From NCBI GenBank assembly GCA_965204595.1, contig CBDBEW010000005.1, positions 742,565 to 806,564 on the forward strand: a DNA stretch of 64,000 nucleotides. Reading direction: 5' to 3'. The notes under the pieces were generated by a model, which did no database searches, was not told where the DNA came from, and saw only the letters and a list, made by a program, of their open reading frames with translations. Shown here piece by piece: positions 16,036 through 25,735 of this stretch; the stretch's first letter is position 1; each line of letters begins with the position of its first letter. This DNA is from Candidatus Aldehydirespiratoraceae bacterium (lineage in GTDB: Bacteria; Actinomycetota; Acidimicrobiia; Acidimicrobiales; Aldehydirespiratoraceae). The position numbers and the translations under genes are program-made.

Positions 16036-17577
16036 TCAGGTCGGCTCGGGGAAGCGGAGACGTGGGCCGGCTTCGGCCCAGTCCATGTGGTCGCGGATGT
16101 ATTCGTTCGATCCGTCGCGCACGGGTGTGTAGTCCCAGGAGTAGTGGCCGTTGATGGTCATGGCGGTGTGGAGCATCCGTCGGCTTCGCTGTGATTCCAG
16201 GACCCGTCGGCGGATGTCGTCGCTGTTCCAACGCTGCGCGGTCTCTGCGGCGAAGTTCGCGGACAGCTCGGCGTGGGCGGGGTCCTCTGCGAGGTTGGTG
16301 CGTTCCAGCGGGTCGGCTTCGACGTCGTAGAGCAGGGCTGGGTCGCTGTCGCAGTGGATGTACTTGTGCCGGCCCCGGCGGATCATGAACATCGGGTGTG
16401 CCGTCATCTCGCCGGTGTACTCGGCGATGGTCTCGTCTACGGGGTCGTGTCCTCCGGTCGCGCTCTCCCAAAGGCTGCGCCCCGCCGGCGGCACGACCGG
16501 TTCGATGCGTCCGCCGCGGGTGCCGTTGCCGTTGCCGCCGGTGCTGTCTCCTGCGATGTCGAGCATGGTGGGCAGCAGGTCGAGCAGTGAGCAGACGTTG
16601 CTGACGCTGCGGTCGGCCACACCGGGCCCGGCCACGATCAACGGCACCCGCAGTGACCGTTCGAAGAAGTTCATCTTGAACCACAGGCCGCGGTCTCCGA
16701 GCATGTCGCCGTGGTCGCTGGTGGCGATCACGATGGTGTTGTCGAGTTGGCCGGTTTCTTCGAGGACTTTGATCATCCGCCCGAGCAGGGAGTCGAAGTA
16801 GCTGGTGTTGGCGTAGTAGGCGTGGCGGGCGTTGCGGCACTGGTCTTCGGTGTAGCCGATGGTGTCGGCGCAGATGCCGTGGCGGATTCTCAGCGTGTGG
16901 GGGTCGGGCGATTCGAGTGTGTCGTCGGGCAGGTCGATGTCGTCGTGGTTATAGAGGTCCCACCATTCGGGGCGGGCCACGTAGGGGTCGTGGGGGTGGA
17001 TCAGCGCAGCCGCCATGAACCAGGGTCGTTCGTCGGCGTCTCGGGCGAAGTCGTAGAGCTGGCGTGTGGTGGAGAACCCGACTTCGTCGTCGTAGTCGAT
17101 CTGGTAGGTGGCCAGGGCCTGACCGGCCTGTGAGAGGCTGTCCATGTTGTGGTACCACTTGTCGATCCGCTCGTCGGGCGCGTCCCAGTCGGGTGTCCAG
17201 GAGAAGTCGGCGGGGTAGATGTCGGTGTTGAGCCGGCGGGTGAACCCGTGGAGCTGGTCGGGTCCCACGAAGTGCATCTTGCCGGTCAGCACGGTGCGGT
17301 AACCGGCGAGGTTGAGGTAGTGGGCCATGGTCGGGACCCGCGCCGGGAACTCGGCCGCGTTGTCCCAAGCGTCGATGGCGGTGGCCTGCCGGCTTGCCAG
17401 CATCGAGAACCTCGACGGGGCACACAGCGGGACGTGACAGTACGCCGCGTCGAAGCGCGTGCCCCGCTCGGCGAGGGCGTCCATCGCCGGCGTGCGAACC
17501 AGCCGATGGCCGTAAGCACCAGTGAAATGCGGCGCCAACTGATCCGCCATCACCATCAGAATGTTGGGTTGTCTCAC
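16036..17577 (-). CDS. betC: Choline-sulfatase family sulfatase (paralogue 2)
   Basis: 513 aa, collinear and highly similar by eye to 4687-6192. Same CAPSR signature. It has a small G/N-rich insertion (GDSTGGNGNGTRGGRIEP versus GDYCGKGRVEP) and a divergent C-terminus. Confidence 0.8.
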   Translation of the reverse strand: MRQPNILMVMADQLAPHFTGAYGHRLVRTPAMDALAERGTRFDAAYCHVPLCAPSRFSMLASRQATAIDAWDNAAEFPARVPTMAHYLNLAGYRTVLTGKMHFVGPDQLHGFTRRLNTDIYPADFSWTPDWDAPDERIDKWYHNMDSLSQAGQALATYQIDYDDEVGFSTTRQLYDFARDADERPWFMAAALIHPHDPYVARPEWWDLYNHDDIDLPDDTLESPDPHTLRIRHGICADTIGYTEDQCRNARHAYYANTSYFDSLLGRMIKVLEETGQLDNTIVIATSDHGDMLGDRGLWFKMNFFERSLRVPLIVAGPGVADRSVSNVCSLLDLLPTMLDIAGDSTGGNGNGTRGGRIEPVVPPAGRSLWESATGGHDPVDETIAEYTGEMTAHPMFMIRRGRHKYIHCDSDPALLYDVEADPLERTNLAEDPAHAELSANFAAETAQRWNSDDIRRRVLESQRSRRMLHTAMTINGHYSWDYTPVRDGSNEYIRDHMDWAEAGPRLRFPEPT

Positions 17578-17711
17578 AGGTGCGATACTACTAGCCGAAG
17601 CCTTGTCGGGAGCGTCCTAACGGGCCGATTAGACGCTTGTGGACCATCGAGCCACTCACGTCCTACAAGGCAAATCCTGAAATTGCATTGTAGACGCTTG
17701 CCAGTTATGCT

Positions 17712-17990
17712 TTGGCAATGTCTGCTAGTGAGTCGTCTGATCGTGGAACGGTTGCGATCGTGGATGTCCGAGTCTCTGAAAGAGGCCAGATGAGCCTTCC
17801 AGCGGCCGCCCGACACCGCTGGGGCCTCACCGACGGTGGGACAGTCGGCTGCCTCGACCTGGGAGACGGGATGCTGCTCATCCCCAAGAACCTGGACGCC
17901 TTTCGTCGGGAGCTCTTGGAAGCTGTTTCTGAAGAGGACTGGGACGAAGCCCGAGCTGGGTTCGGAGACCCGGATCTGGCCACAGAGTGA
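17712..17990 (+). CDS. AbrB/MazE/SpoVT-family antitoxin-like protein (no adjacent toxin)
   Basis: 92 aa. VSERGQMSLPAAARHRWGLTDGGTVGCLDLGDGMLLIPK is a SpoVT-AbrB looped-hinge-helix pattern. No toxin ORF follows before the vapBC copy B module. Confidence 0.65.
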   Translation: MAMSASESSDRGTVAIVDVRVSERGQMSLPAAARHRWGLTDGGTVGCLDLGDGMLLIPKNLDAFRRELLEAVSEEDWDEARAGFGDPDLATE

Positions 17991-18117
17991 CAAGCGGAGT
18001 GACGCAGTTAGTCGACGACCGCATCCTGTCATCTCCCAATGCTAAATCTGATATAGTCCAATTTAGATGATATAGTCTAATCTAGACCATTATCCACGAC
18101 ATGGGAGGCAATGGAAT

Positions 18118-18396
18118 ATGGCTGAAGTGCTCTCAGACGAGATTTGGACAATCGCGGCGGCGAAGGCGAGGCTGTCGGAGGTGCTACGGTTGGCTGAGGA
18201 GGAAGGTCCGCAGCGAATTGGGAAGCGTAAGCGGTTCGTGGTCGTGCCTGAGCACGCGTGGAACGCAAAGACGATCCGCCGCGAGCACATGGGGCAGTGG
18301 TTGGTGGAGAATATGCCGAGAAGTGTGGAGCTCGAGCTACCAGACCGCAACGAACCAGATCGGGAGACATCCTTTGTAGCCTTGGAAGATGTGTGA
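18118..18396 (+). CDS. Phd/YefM-type antitoxin (copy B)
   Basis: 92 aa, near-identical to 9619-9897. Stop TGA 18394-18396 overlaps the vapC GTG. Confidence 0.8.
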   Translation: MAEVLSDEIWTIAAAKARLSEVLRLAEEEGPQRIGKRKRFVVVPEHAWNAKTIRREHMGQWLVENMPRSVELELPDRNEPDRETSFVALEDV

Positions 18397-18845
18397 CTGG
18401 GTGGCTGGTCGACACTAATGTGGTGTCGGAGTTGGTTGCGCCGGCACCAGAGCCTCGTGTTGTCGCGTTTTTGCGATCCAGTGGTGACCTTTGGATGTCG
18501 GTGATCGTCATCCATGAACTGCACTGCGGTCTGAGGCAGCTTCCGGTAGGTCGTCGCCGTGACCAACTCACCGACACCTTGTCGGTGTTCGTTGGTGAGT
18601 ACGCCGGTCGTATTCTCCCGGTCAGTCTCAGCGTCGCCGACCGGGCCGCTGATCTGCGCGCCCAGGCACGCAGATCGGGTCGCACCGTGAACCTCGCTGA
18701 CGCTCTGATTGCAGGCACCGCCCTAGTTCACAGACTGGGGGTTGCGACTCGAAACACATCTGACTTTGAGGATCACGGCATTGCGCTTACCAACCCTTGG
18801 CATTCACCTCCAGAACTGACTGGCCACTCAGAAAGCGGGGTTTGA
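18393..18845 (+). CDS. vapC: VapC PIN-domain toxin (copy B, intact)
   Basis: GTG at 18393 (GTGA overlap). VTGWLVDTNVVSEL...IVIHELHCGL...NLADALIAGTALVHRLGVATRNTSDF shows the PIN acidic residues D..E..D..(N)..D. The track ORF start at 18258 is an upstream extension inside the antitoxin gene. Confidence 0.8.
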   Translation: MTGWLVDTNVVSELVAPAPEPRVVAFLRSSGDLWMSVIVIHELHCGLRQLPVGRRRDQLTDTLSVFVGEYAGRILPVSLSVADRAADLRAQARRSGRTVNLADALIAGTALVHRLGVATRNTSDFEDHGIALTNPWHSPPELTGHSESGV

Positions 18846-18896
18846 ACTGAGTTGTTGTTGGTATGCGTCAACTGAATCGGCGCAACACAAGTTTCA

Positions 18897-19844
18897 TCAC
18901 TGTCGAGCCGGCTGTTTGAATAGATTCTCGTAGTGCCAGTCAATGTGTTCTTTGGCGGGCGGCGAATAGCCGCGTAGAGGGGGGCGCATGGGTTCGCGTG
19001 ACAGCGCGAGCAGAGGGGGTGACGATGGTTCGTCGAAAACGTTCAGATGTTGGCTCACAAGAATCTCACGCTTGCCATCGGTCACGCCGAGACCGATGGC
19101 ACCACTGTCGAACAGTCGGTGATGGAATGTACATAGCGCGATACCGTTCTCGATCCTGCTTGGTCCCTGCTTGGCGTGCATGCGCAGGTGCGCTGCATCT
19201 ACCCCCACCGAACGCCCGCGCAGATAGGCACTGAAGTCACAGAATGAACACTTGTTTTCGTAGGCGAGCAGAACTTTCTCGCGAAAAGCTGGGTCGCGTC
19301 CGACCGTTTTGTTTTCAGTTAAACAGAGTCCAACGCTATTCAACACATCCTCATGTGTTGATTCTGGAAATTCTGCGTTCAAGAGGAAGCGAACAATCTC
19401 GTCACGTAGTATCGGATCCTTGAGTGCCGCTGCAAACTCGTTAGAAACTCGTCCATTTGCTTGCTCCCGCAAGAAGCTGACTGTCTCGCGCGCGGGAGTG
19501 GATCTCGAAGGATCGATTGGGCCTGACATTTTGAAAATGTCCTGTCCATCCTTGTCGGTCACTTGCCACAGTTCAGGTTTGCTACCGAGGTATACAAAAG
19601 GATGTTCAGGTCTAGGTTTTGCGCGTCCATATCCGAACTCGTCGAGCAGCTTCTTCAAGTTAGATTCGATATCCTTGTAGCGAAATTCAGGCTCGGCTCC
19701 ATTAGCCAATCTTCCGTCAGCCACAAAAGAAGCAACGGCTTATAGGGTGCGCGTTTGCCTGCTGAATCTTGATATCGGCGCATCGATTGGATGATGTTGT
19801 ATCTATTCGCTTACGTCGTTGGACTCGGCTTGCACGCCAATCAA
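18897..19844 (-). pseudogene. HNH endonuclease paralogue 3 (operon-linked), N-terminal region broken by two frameshifts
   Basis: Intact from GTG 19724 downstream (..GRLANGAEPEFRY...PEHPFVYLGSKPELWQV...CSFCDF...AAHLRMHAKQGPSRIENGIALCTFHHRLFDSGAIGL). Upstream, LIGVQAESNDVSE (frame 1) switches to NIIQSMRRYQDSAGKRAPYKPLLLLWL (frame 2) and back to frame 1. The TTG at 19844-19842 lies 1 nt after the SNF2 stop. Confidence 0.75.
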
Positions 19845-19845
19845 C

Positions 19846-21570
19846 TTACTCTCTAACGCGAGTGCTGCAAAGAATTCCCAACCAATTCATCAAGCGCCCA
19901 TTAGGTGCCAACACCCGAGATTGACCTAAGTAGGCTTTGGTAGAGTCTCCCGATGAGTGAACGCGACATCTCATTCTTTCTAATTTGATGTCGGGTTGTA
20001 AGAGTTTGCTGGCGAAATCGGGACGGTGCTGGAGCGCGTCGATGAGTTGCGCGAACGTTAACTCCTTGCGGTCGAGCAGGGGTTGAAGTCGGTCTTCTAC
20101 CGTATTTGTGCAGGTCAAGTTATAAATCGTGACGGGCTTGTGCTGCCCGATGCGCACGATGCGGTCTATCGCCTGAGAGTTGGTGGACGGATTCCACCAT
20201 CGGTTGATGAAAATTGCATGGTTCGCCTCGGTCAGAGTGAGGCCCTCAGACGCGACGCGCATGGATGCGAGCAGCACCGAACACTGGGCATCGGTTCGGA
20301 ACCTCCGGATGATCCGGCCGCGCTGATCGAGTTCAAGTTCGCCGGTAAGTAGAGCGGCATTGTCACCCATCTCGGCTCGCAACCGCCGCGCAAGTTCTCT
20401 CAGCGGACCGAGTGTGTAGGAGAACACAACGCACTTCTCGCCTCGATCAGTGATCTCTTTTAGCAACTCCACTGCGCGGTTGAGCTTTGAACTATCGCCC
20501 GTCGTCGGGTCCATATCGCAAATGGTGCGGAGATCGTTGAACAGTGCCAGCCACTCTCCTTGGCGCACTCCCTGTGAAGCTGACGAGTATGCCGATCGCT
20601 GCGCTGGTGAGAGCACCACCACTTCAGTTCGTTCGGTAACCGGCGGGAGTTCTGGAAGCACCGATTCCTTGAGGCGTCTCAGAATGTAGGGTCGCGCTCG
20701 AGCCCGCAAAATCTCAGGCCCAAGCCTCGCGTCGTCGACGGCGAAACGGATCGGCTCCAACAGGGACAGCAGCCCGGCCAGATCGTCAGCGTCGCGTTCG
20801 ACCGGTGTACCGGTTAGTGCCCAGAGTCTCTTCGTCTTGATTCGTCTCAGGCCTTTGTGGGCCAGCGAATCCGATTTGCGAAGTCGATGCGCCTCGTCAG
20901 CAACGATGACATCGGGAGGGTGTTGCAGAAGGCTGGACGGTGGGTCTCTGACATCCTCATAGCTCGCTATAAGCACGTGACATTGAGCAGCTGCCTGCTT
21001 CCAGTTCAATACACGGCCGCGCCCTGCACTACTTGTGTAGTGCCCGACGACGAGTTCAGGTGCCCATCGGCGCGCTTCCGCCTCCCAGTTCGCGCGTAGC
21101 GTCTTCGGAGCGACGACGAGGCAGAAACTGATCCTGCCAGCGCGGAACAACCGTCGAAGCGCCGCAATCACTTGGATCGTCTTGCCGAGTCCCATGTCAT
21201 CAGCGAGGATAGCGCAATCGCGACGCAACAGCCAAGCCACTCCTGTGCGCTGGAACGGGTAGAGTTGGTCGTTCACTCGACGCGGCAATAATAGCGGAAG
21301 CACCAAATCCAACGCACGATCGCGATCGCGCTCGTGACCTGGCCTTGGATCAAAAGACCACGAAAGTGTACATGGTGCAACTTGCTTGAGCTTCCAGACG
21401 ATACCAGCATCGAGCGAAAGCAATAGTTCTACAGCCCGAGCCAAACGCGCCGGAACTGTGTGATCGCTGCCATTCAACGCAACCTCAAGGATAGTCCGCT
21501 CACCCGCTAGCGTCAGTTTCGCCGAGAGCCCTTTCTTATCAAGCGCAAGCGACCATAGCGGGACACACAC
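19846..21570 (-). CDS. SNF2-family helicase
   Basis: 574 aa. LADDMGLGKT (motif I), VADEAHRLRK (DEAH), ALTGTP, and C-terminal helicase motifs LLASMRVASEGLTLTEANHAIFINRWWNPSTNSQAIDRIVRIGQ. Confidence 0.85.
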   Translation of the reverse strand: MCVPLWSLALDKKGLSAKLTLAGERTILEVALNGSDHTVPARLARAVELLLSLDAGIVWKLKQVAPCTLSWSFDPRPGHERDRDRALDLVLPLLLPRRVNDQLYPFQRTGVAWLLRRDCAILADDMGLGKTIQVIAALRRLFRAGRISFCLVVAPKTLRANWEAEARRWAPELVVGHYTSSAGRGRVLNWKQAAAQCHVLIASYEDVRDPPSSLLQHPPDVIVADEAHRLRKSDSLAHKGLRRIKTKRLWALTGTPVERDADDLAGLLSLLEPIRFAVDDARLGPEILRARARPYILRRLKESVLPELPPVTERTEVVVLSPAQRSAYSSASQGVRQGEWLALFNDLRTICDMDPTTGDSSKLNRAVELLKEITDRGEKCVVFSYTLGPLRELARRLRAEMGDNAALLTGELELDQRGRIIRRFRTDAQCSVLLASMRVASEGLTLTEANHAIFINRWWNPSTNSQAIDRIVRIGQHKPVTIYNLTCTNTVEDRLQPLLDRKELTFAQLIDALQHRPDFASKLLQPDIKLERMRCRVHSSGDSTKAYLGQSRVLAPNGRLMNWLGILCSTRVRE

Positions 21571-21618
21571 GGTAGAGATCCTGATGTCTGCTGGGGTTGG
21601 CTGTGCCCGCCAAACCAG

Positions 21619-23037
21619 TTACCGTTGCAACCCAGACACAATCTGTTGCCACATGTCGGTTGCTTCGTCCTCAGCGGACAACGGCAGATAACTCTTCCAT
21701 AGGTTGTGAAGGCTGTTTTCTTCTGAACCGGAGATCTCGTCGTCACTGAGTTGATCGAGGCCGATTTGCCAGCGGACGATCCGCTCGACAAGACGAAGTC
21801 TAGGATCTCGATTTTCGTTAGCAATTCGCCAACTACCAGTTTCCGACATCACGAGGAGAATGTGTCTCCAAGGTGGAGAGTGAGCATCCCAGGTGACTTG
21901 CGCTAGCGGTGACAGTACCAGCGAAGCGTCCGTTTGAGTAAAAGCGGCACCGTGGGCCATTGATCTCGCTTGCGCGTCGTCTAAGATTGCTCTGACTAGA
22001 TCAGCAAAGAGGATTTGAACTATCGGCCAAAATAGCACACAGTCTTGTGATGTTTCAGCGTTCCCCTCATCTTTCGGAGCTGGGTTGTGGATACGGCTCG
22101 TGCTTGGCTTATCGTACAAGACCGGTAATGCTTCCAATATCGCGTCCCAACAGAACATCAACTCCGCTTCCAATGCATCTATTTCTTCCTCAGGTGGTCG
22201 AAACTTCACGTACTCTTTGATCCGAGTCTTCTCAGAACCCCAACCTTCATTCCGCCTCTGCGCTGTTGACAACAAGCGGGTGTTGAGAACGTAGAGTATC
22301 TCGAGGGTTGTGAAATGATTAGAACCAGGAGAGAGGTTCTTGCCGCTGGACATCTTGACTTTGGACGAATCAAATTCCGAACCCGGCTCAGCGAAAAACG
22401 AGTGGTTCGAGATAAGTCGACGCGTTATTATCGCAATCGCATCATCTTCATCCATGACGATATTGTCGTATTGTGACATCGGTTTTGCGTATCGGTTGAG
22501 GTTCCCGAACAGACGGCGGTATCTCAATAAGAATTCGCTCTCGGATTCCATCTCCGTAGGTAATACACAAATCACACTGACTTCCTCGTTGCCAAAGTCC
22601 TGCGGTATGCTGAAATCTGTCTCCTTGTCAAGAAGGAGTCGGATTGCTGCTAGGCGATGCTGACCATCGAGAGCATAATAGTTCTGTTCACCATTGAAGG
22701 TCAGGATTCCGAACGATTCTGAAAGACGGCGATCATCTCTGAACAGTCTCAGTTCAGGGTTGTCCTCAAGACTGACTGGGCGCCATTGAGGTTCTCCATG
22801 CAACACTGCTACTACAATGGACGAGAAGAACCGATCGTCTTGCCTAACGAGGTATTTGGCGATCTCGTTCGTGGCGCGATTCTTGTTCAATTGGCGTTGA
22901 ATTGCATCAGATAGTTGAGTCGGACCGTGTATCTCTTCTGCGTACCGAATGTTCTGCGCTAATTCACGCATTGACATTCGCACCATAAAGTACTCCCAAC
23001 GTCCCATCTTTGCTTTGATTGCTGGATAGATTTGCAT
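21619..23037 (-). CDS. DGQHR-domain (DndB/ParB-like) protein
   Basis: 472 aa. ..QRQLNKNRATNEIAKYL.. and ..YYALDGQHRLAAIRLL.. are the diagnostic DGQHR/DndB-family motifs. Long unassigned C-terminal half. Confidence 0.8.
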   Translation of the reverse strand: MQIYPAIKAKMGRWEYFMVRMSMRELAQNIRYAEEIHGPTQLSDAIQRQLNKNRATNEIAKYLVRQDDRFFSSIVVAVLHGEPQWRPVSLEDNPELRLFRDDRRLSESFGILTFNGEQNYYALDGQHRLAAIRLLLDKETDFSIPQDFGNEEVSVICVLPTEMESESEFLLRYRRLFGNLNRYAKPMSQYDNIVMDEDDAIAIITRRLISNHSFFAEPGSEFDSSKVKMSSGKNLSPGSNHFTTLEILYVLNTRLLSTAQRRNEGWGSEKTRIKEYVKFRPPEEEIDALEAELMFCWDAILEALPVLYDKPSTSRIHNPAPKDEGNAETSQDCVLFWPIVQILFADLVRAILDDAQARSMAHGAAFTQTDASLVLSPLAQVTWDAHSPPWRHILLVMSETGSWRIANENRDPRLRLVERIVRWQIGLDQLSDDEISGSEENSLHNLWKSYLPLSAEDEATDMWQQIVSGLQR

Positions 23038-23052
23038 CGTATTTCCTCTTCT

Positions 23053-23538
23053 CTATTTGATTGATTGAGCTGGTCCAACTTTTCCGGTAAGCACCATGCC
23101 TCTGGGAACTGTTCGATTTGCAGGTGGATCGAAAGCTATTATTAGCTGGCGTTCGGCTTCCCTAAGCCATCTGTCAAGTTGGTGGATATTCCCTGACGGC
23201 ACTCGCGTGAATGCGAAACGTAGTGTGCCGAAGTTTGACTTACATTTTTGAACGATTGGATTGGTGTTATTTGAACTGTGTTGCTTGAATCGACGGTGAA
23301 GGTTCGAAGACTTGCCAACATAAATTACGGTGCTGATAAGCTCTGGAAGATTGTATTTGTTCGACAACTGGAAGCGATCAGTGACGAGCAGATAGATTCC
23401 AGAGTACTTCGGAATTGATTGCTGAAAGGTAATGTCGAGCTTCGTATAGTACCATTCTGTGCGTCTCAGTATCTCCATCAGTTGTAACCAAACATTTTGT
23501 CTGGTCGAAAGGCCATTTGACGACACAGCCATCAGCAC
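23053..23538 (-). CDS. GIY-YIG nuclease-domain protein
   Basis: 161 aa. SGIYLLV...VIYVGKSSNLHRRFKQH...EAERQLIIAFDPPAN follows the GIY-(x10-11)-YIG...R...H...E...N pattern. Confidence 0.75.
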   Translation of the reverse strand: MLMAVSSNGLSTRQNVWLQLMEILRRTEWYYTKLDITFQQSIPKYSGIYLLVTDRFQLSNKYNLPELISTVIYVGKSSNLHRRFKQHSSNNTNPIVQKCKSNFGTLRFAFTRVPSGNIHQLDRWLREAERQLIIAFDPPANRTVPRGMVLTGKVGPAQSIK

Positions 23539-24899
23539 TCCTCGGAATGGGGTCTCGCTAGGGCGCGCGTGCTCGTATCGCTCGTCGTTGGCACCCCGTC
23601 TTTGGCGGTGTTCTTCAACATGCCCTTTACCGGTTTGCCTAGTTTGACACCTCGGTAGAATCGTTCTGATGTAGTTGATGTAGGGATGAATGACTTTGGT
23701 GGAGTACGCTTTTGCGGATTTCTGCGATCTGGTGGAAGTTCAGGTTTCAAGACTATTGAGACATCACCATCCTCATGGAGAACTAGACAAGCAGTTTTGC
23801 CGTCACAGGCCGAGATAGCCTTCAGTGGAGAACTTACGCGTCCCATCTCTGGACCCGCCGGAGAGGTTGGGCGCCAGATGACGGAGACATCAGGGGATGG
23901 ATGGGGATTTCGCACCGCAGCAGTCGTCTTCTGACCCCATTCACATCCTAGCGACACTGCGATTTCGGCAGGAATGCCCCTGATGCTGTGTCCTCGTAGA
24001 TTTCGTTCATGCACTTCGAATATCCAGTATGGATCGCCGTGGATGTCTCGTCCGTCCACAACATCGTCAAGTTCGCCGATAACCACATCGTGGTGGGTGA
24101 CTTGACTGACCCAGCCATTTTCCAATCTGAAGGCGTTGGAAGCAATACACGCGCGAACGCTCGTCTCACTTACTCCGAACAGGCGAGGGAGCTCGTCGAG
24201 CAGTCGGTTGAGGCGAGTGCTGCCTCCATCCTCCACTATGCGTTGAACGATCTCCGCAGGGATTCCTTCGTATTCGTCCTCGATCCAGACTGCAAAGCCC
24301 CAGCGCGTCTTGTCTGCCCGTACCACGTCAGGTAACGCCCAGAAGCATGTTCCTACACGCTCAGGCGACAACCCGCTTAGCTCTGCGATCTCATCCTTTG
24401 TCGCTGGGCGGCCCAGTGCCTGCAGCGCGACTAACGTTCGCGTTTCGGCACTTCCGATGAAGTCGGCGGATCCCTCTTCAGGCCTTGCTAATCGTTCATC
24501 ACCAGTGCCTTGCTGGAGACTCAGGAGATTGCTAGCACTGGAAGAAATCGGCTCAACTTTGTTGTAAGCGAGCAACTCATCGAGCTCCTCGTCGAATGCT
24601 TCGCCAATGTCGTCGATGAACTTGGCATCGTTGAATTCGTCGTCGGCAAACACGTCGAACTCAACACCCCATTGAGTCACCCGTGCCAGGCTACGAAGTT
24701 TCGAATCTAATCTCGCTTCGCTGCCGAATTCGGAAATGTCCCAAGGAACGACATCCTCATTCGTAGAGTCAGAAAAATCGGCAGGGTTGCACTCATTATG
24801 CTGTTCGAGTTCAGCATCCCAAGCCAGGACGTGATCTGGATGGAGAACCGGGTCTCTTTCCTCGTAGTGGATCGGTTCTGTTGGGTTTATAGGGCGCAT
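23532..24899 (-). CDS. Hypothetical protein: acidic N-terminus, possible winged-helix segment
   Basis: 455 aa. Start overlaps the sspD stop by 13 nt and the stop overlaps the GIY-YIG start by 7 nt. The segment TLVALQALGRPATKDEIAELSGLSPERV looks like a wHTH (HARE-HTH-like), but this is a guess. No family recognised. Confidence 0.5.
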   Translation of the reverse strand: MRPINPTEPIHYEERDPVLHPDHVLAWDAELEQHNECNPADFSDSTNEDVVPWDISEFGSEARLDSKLRSLARVTQWGVEFDVFADDEFNDAKFIDDIGEAFDEELDELLAYNKVEPISSSASNLLSLQQGTGDERLARPEEGSADFIGSAETRTLVALQALGRPATKDEIAELSGLSPERVGTCFWALPDVVRADKTRWGFAVWIEDEYEGIPAEIVQRIVEDGGSTRLNRLLDELPRLFGVSETSVRACIASNAFRLENGWVSQVTHHDVVIGELDDVVDGRDIHGDPYWIFEVHERNLRGHSIRGIPAEIAVSLGCEWGQKTTAAVRNPHPSPDVSVIWRPTSPAGPEMGRVSSPLKAISACDGKTACLVLHEDGDVSIVLKPELPPDRRNPQKRTPPKSFIPTSTTSERFYRGVKLGKPVKGMLKNTAKDGVPTTSDTSTRALARPHSEEC

Positions 24900-25735
24900 A
24901 TGGTGCAGGGGAGGGTGTCGTCGTCTTCGTCTAGGACGTCGGCGAGGGCTTCTATTAAGGGGATATTCGATCGGGTTTTGGTGGCTCGGGCTAGGGATGC
25001 CTCGTGGCGTTCGAGTATCTGTTCGCGGCGAGATCGGAGTTGCAGCAGGGTCTCGCCACCGGACCAGGTGTACTGTCGGCCGCGCATGGCCTGGTCGCCG
25101 AAATCGGCGTCGCCGTCGACCCCGGCATCTTGTAGAACTTTCTGCTCAATCGCGACCGCCCGCTCGAACAATTCGGGATGACGCTCCGAAAGGCCGATCC
25201 ACTCGGCTTTGCGCTGGTAGAAGCAGAAATAGCAACCTGACCTTGTGCGCCACTCGTAATACGCGGGCAGCCCGATGCCGGCATCGTCGAGGATGCACAT
25301 GACACCGTCGTGGTCAATGCCGTCTTCAATGAACGGGAACCGAGTTTCGATGTTGGGCTTGGTCGATATGTAGCCCTTGCGGTTGGCCTCATCGGCGCGG
25401 ATCGCAACATAAGACACAGCAGGCGCGTCGCCTATCCACTCCTCAATCGGCTTGATCTTCATGTTCGTGGTACACCAGCGCATCTGCGGTGACGGCAGCG
25501 CGCCACGAAACACCTCGAACCAGTGATCGAAACCTCGTGAAGCGTTGAGCGTAGCGATGGGCTTGCCGAGAATCGCCTCCAGTCTCGTCAAATACTCGTA
25601 AGTCTCGGGCAACTCTGCGCCGGTGTCGCAGAAGAAATATTCCATCTGAGGAATCTCGCCACGCAGATACACAGCTAGGGCACTTGAATCCTTACCCCCA
25701 GAGATTCCGCAAATGTGCCGCAGTGCCTCAGCCAT
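24887..25735 (-). CDS. sspD: PAPS-reductase/DndC-like PP-loop ATP pyrophosphatase (SspD-type)
   Basis: 282 aa. N-terminal PP-loop GISGGKDSSALAVYL, then RWCTTNMKIKP and CYFCFYQ motifs of the PAPS-reductase/DndC superfamily. Position follows the DUF4007 and ATPase genes, as in SspABCD. Confidence 0.75.
   Translation of the reverse strand: MAEALRHICGISGGKDSSALAVYLRGEIPQMEYFFCDTGAELPETYEYLTRLEAILGKPIATLNASRGFDHWFEVFRGALPSPQMRWCTTNMKIKPIEEWIGDAPAVSYVAIRADEANRKGYISTKPNIETRFPFIEDGIDHDGVMCILDDAGIGLPAYYEWRTRSGCYFCFYQRKAEWIGLSERHPELFERAVAIEQKVLQDAGVDGDADFGDQAMRGRQYTWSGGETLLQLRSRREQILERHEASLARATKTRSNIPLIEALADVLDEDDDTLPCTICAL

Noticed and set aside
15911-16840. 309-aa Arg/Pro-rich ORF on the minus strand, and similar long ORFs at 16949-17425 and 17149-17793
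   Set aside because: They lie in alternative frames or on the opposite strand of the clearly homologous sulfatase gene 16036-17577. Their low-complexity R/P/G composition is typical of shadow ORFs in GC-rich DNA.
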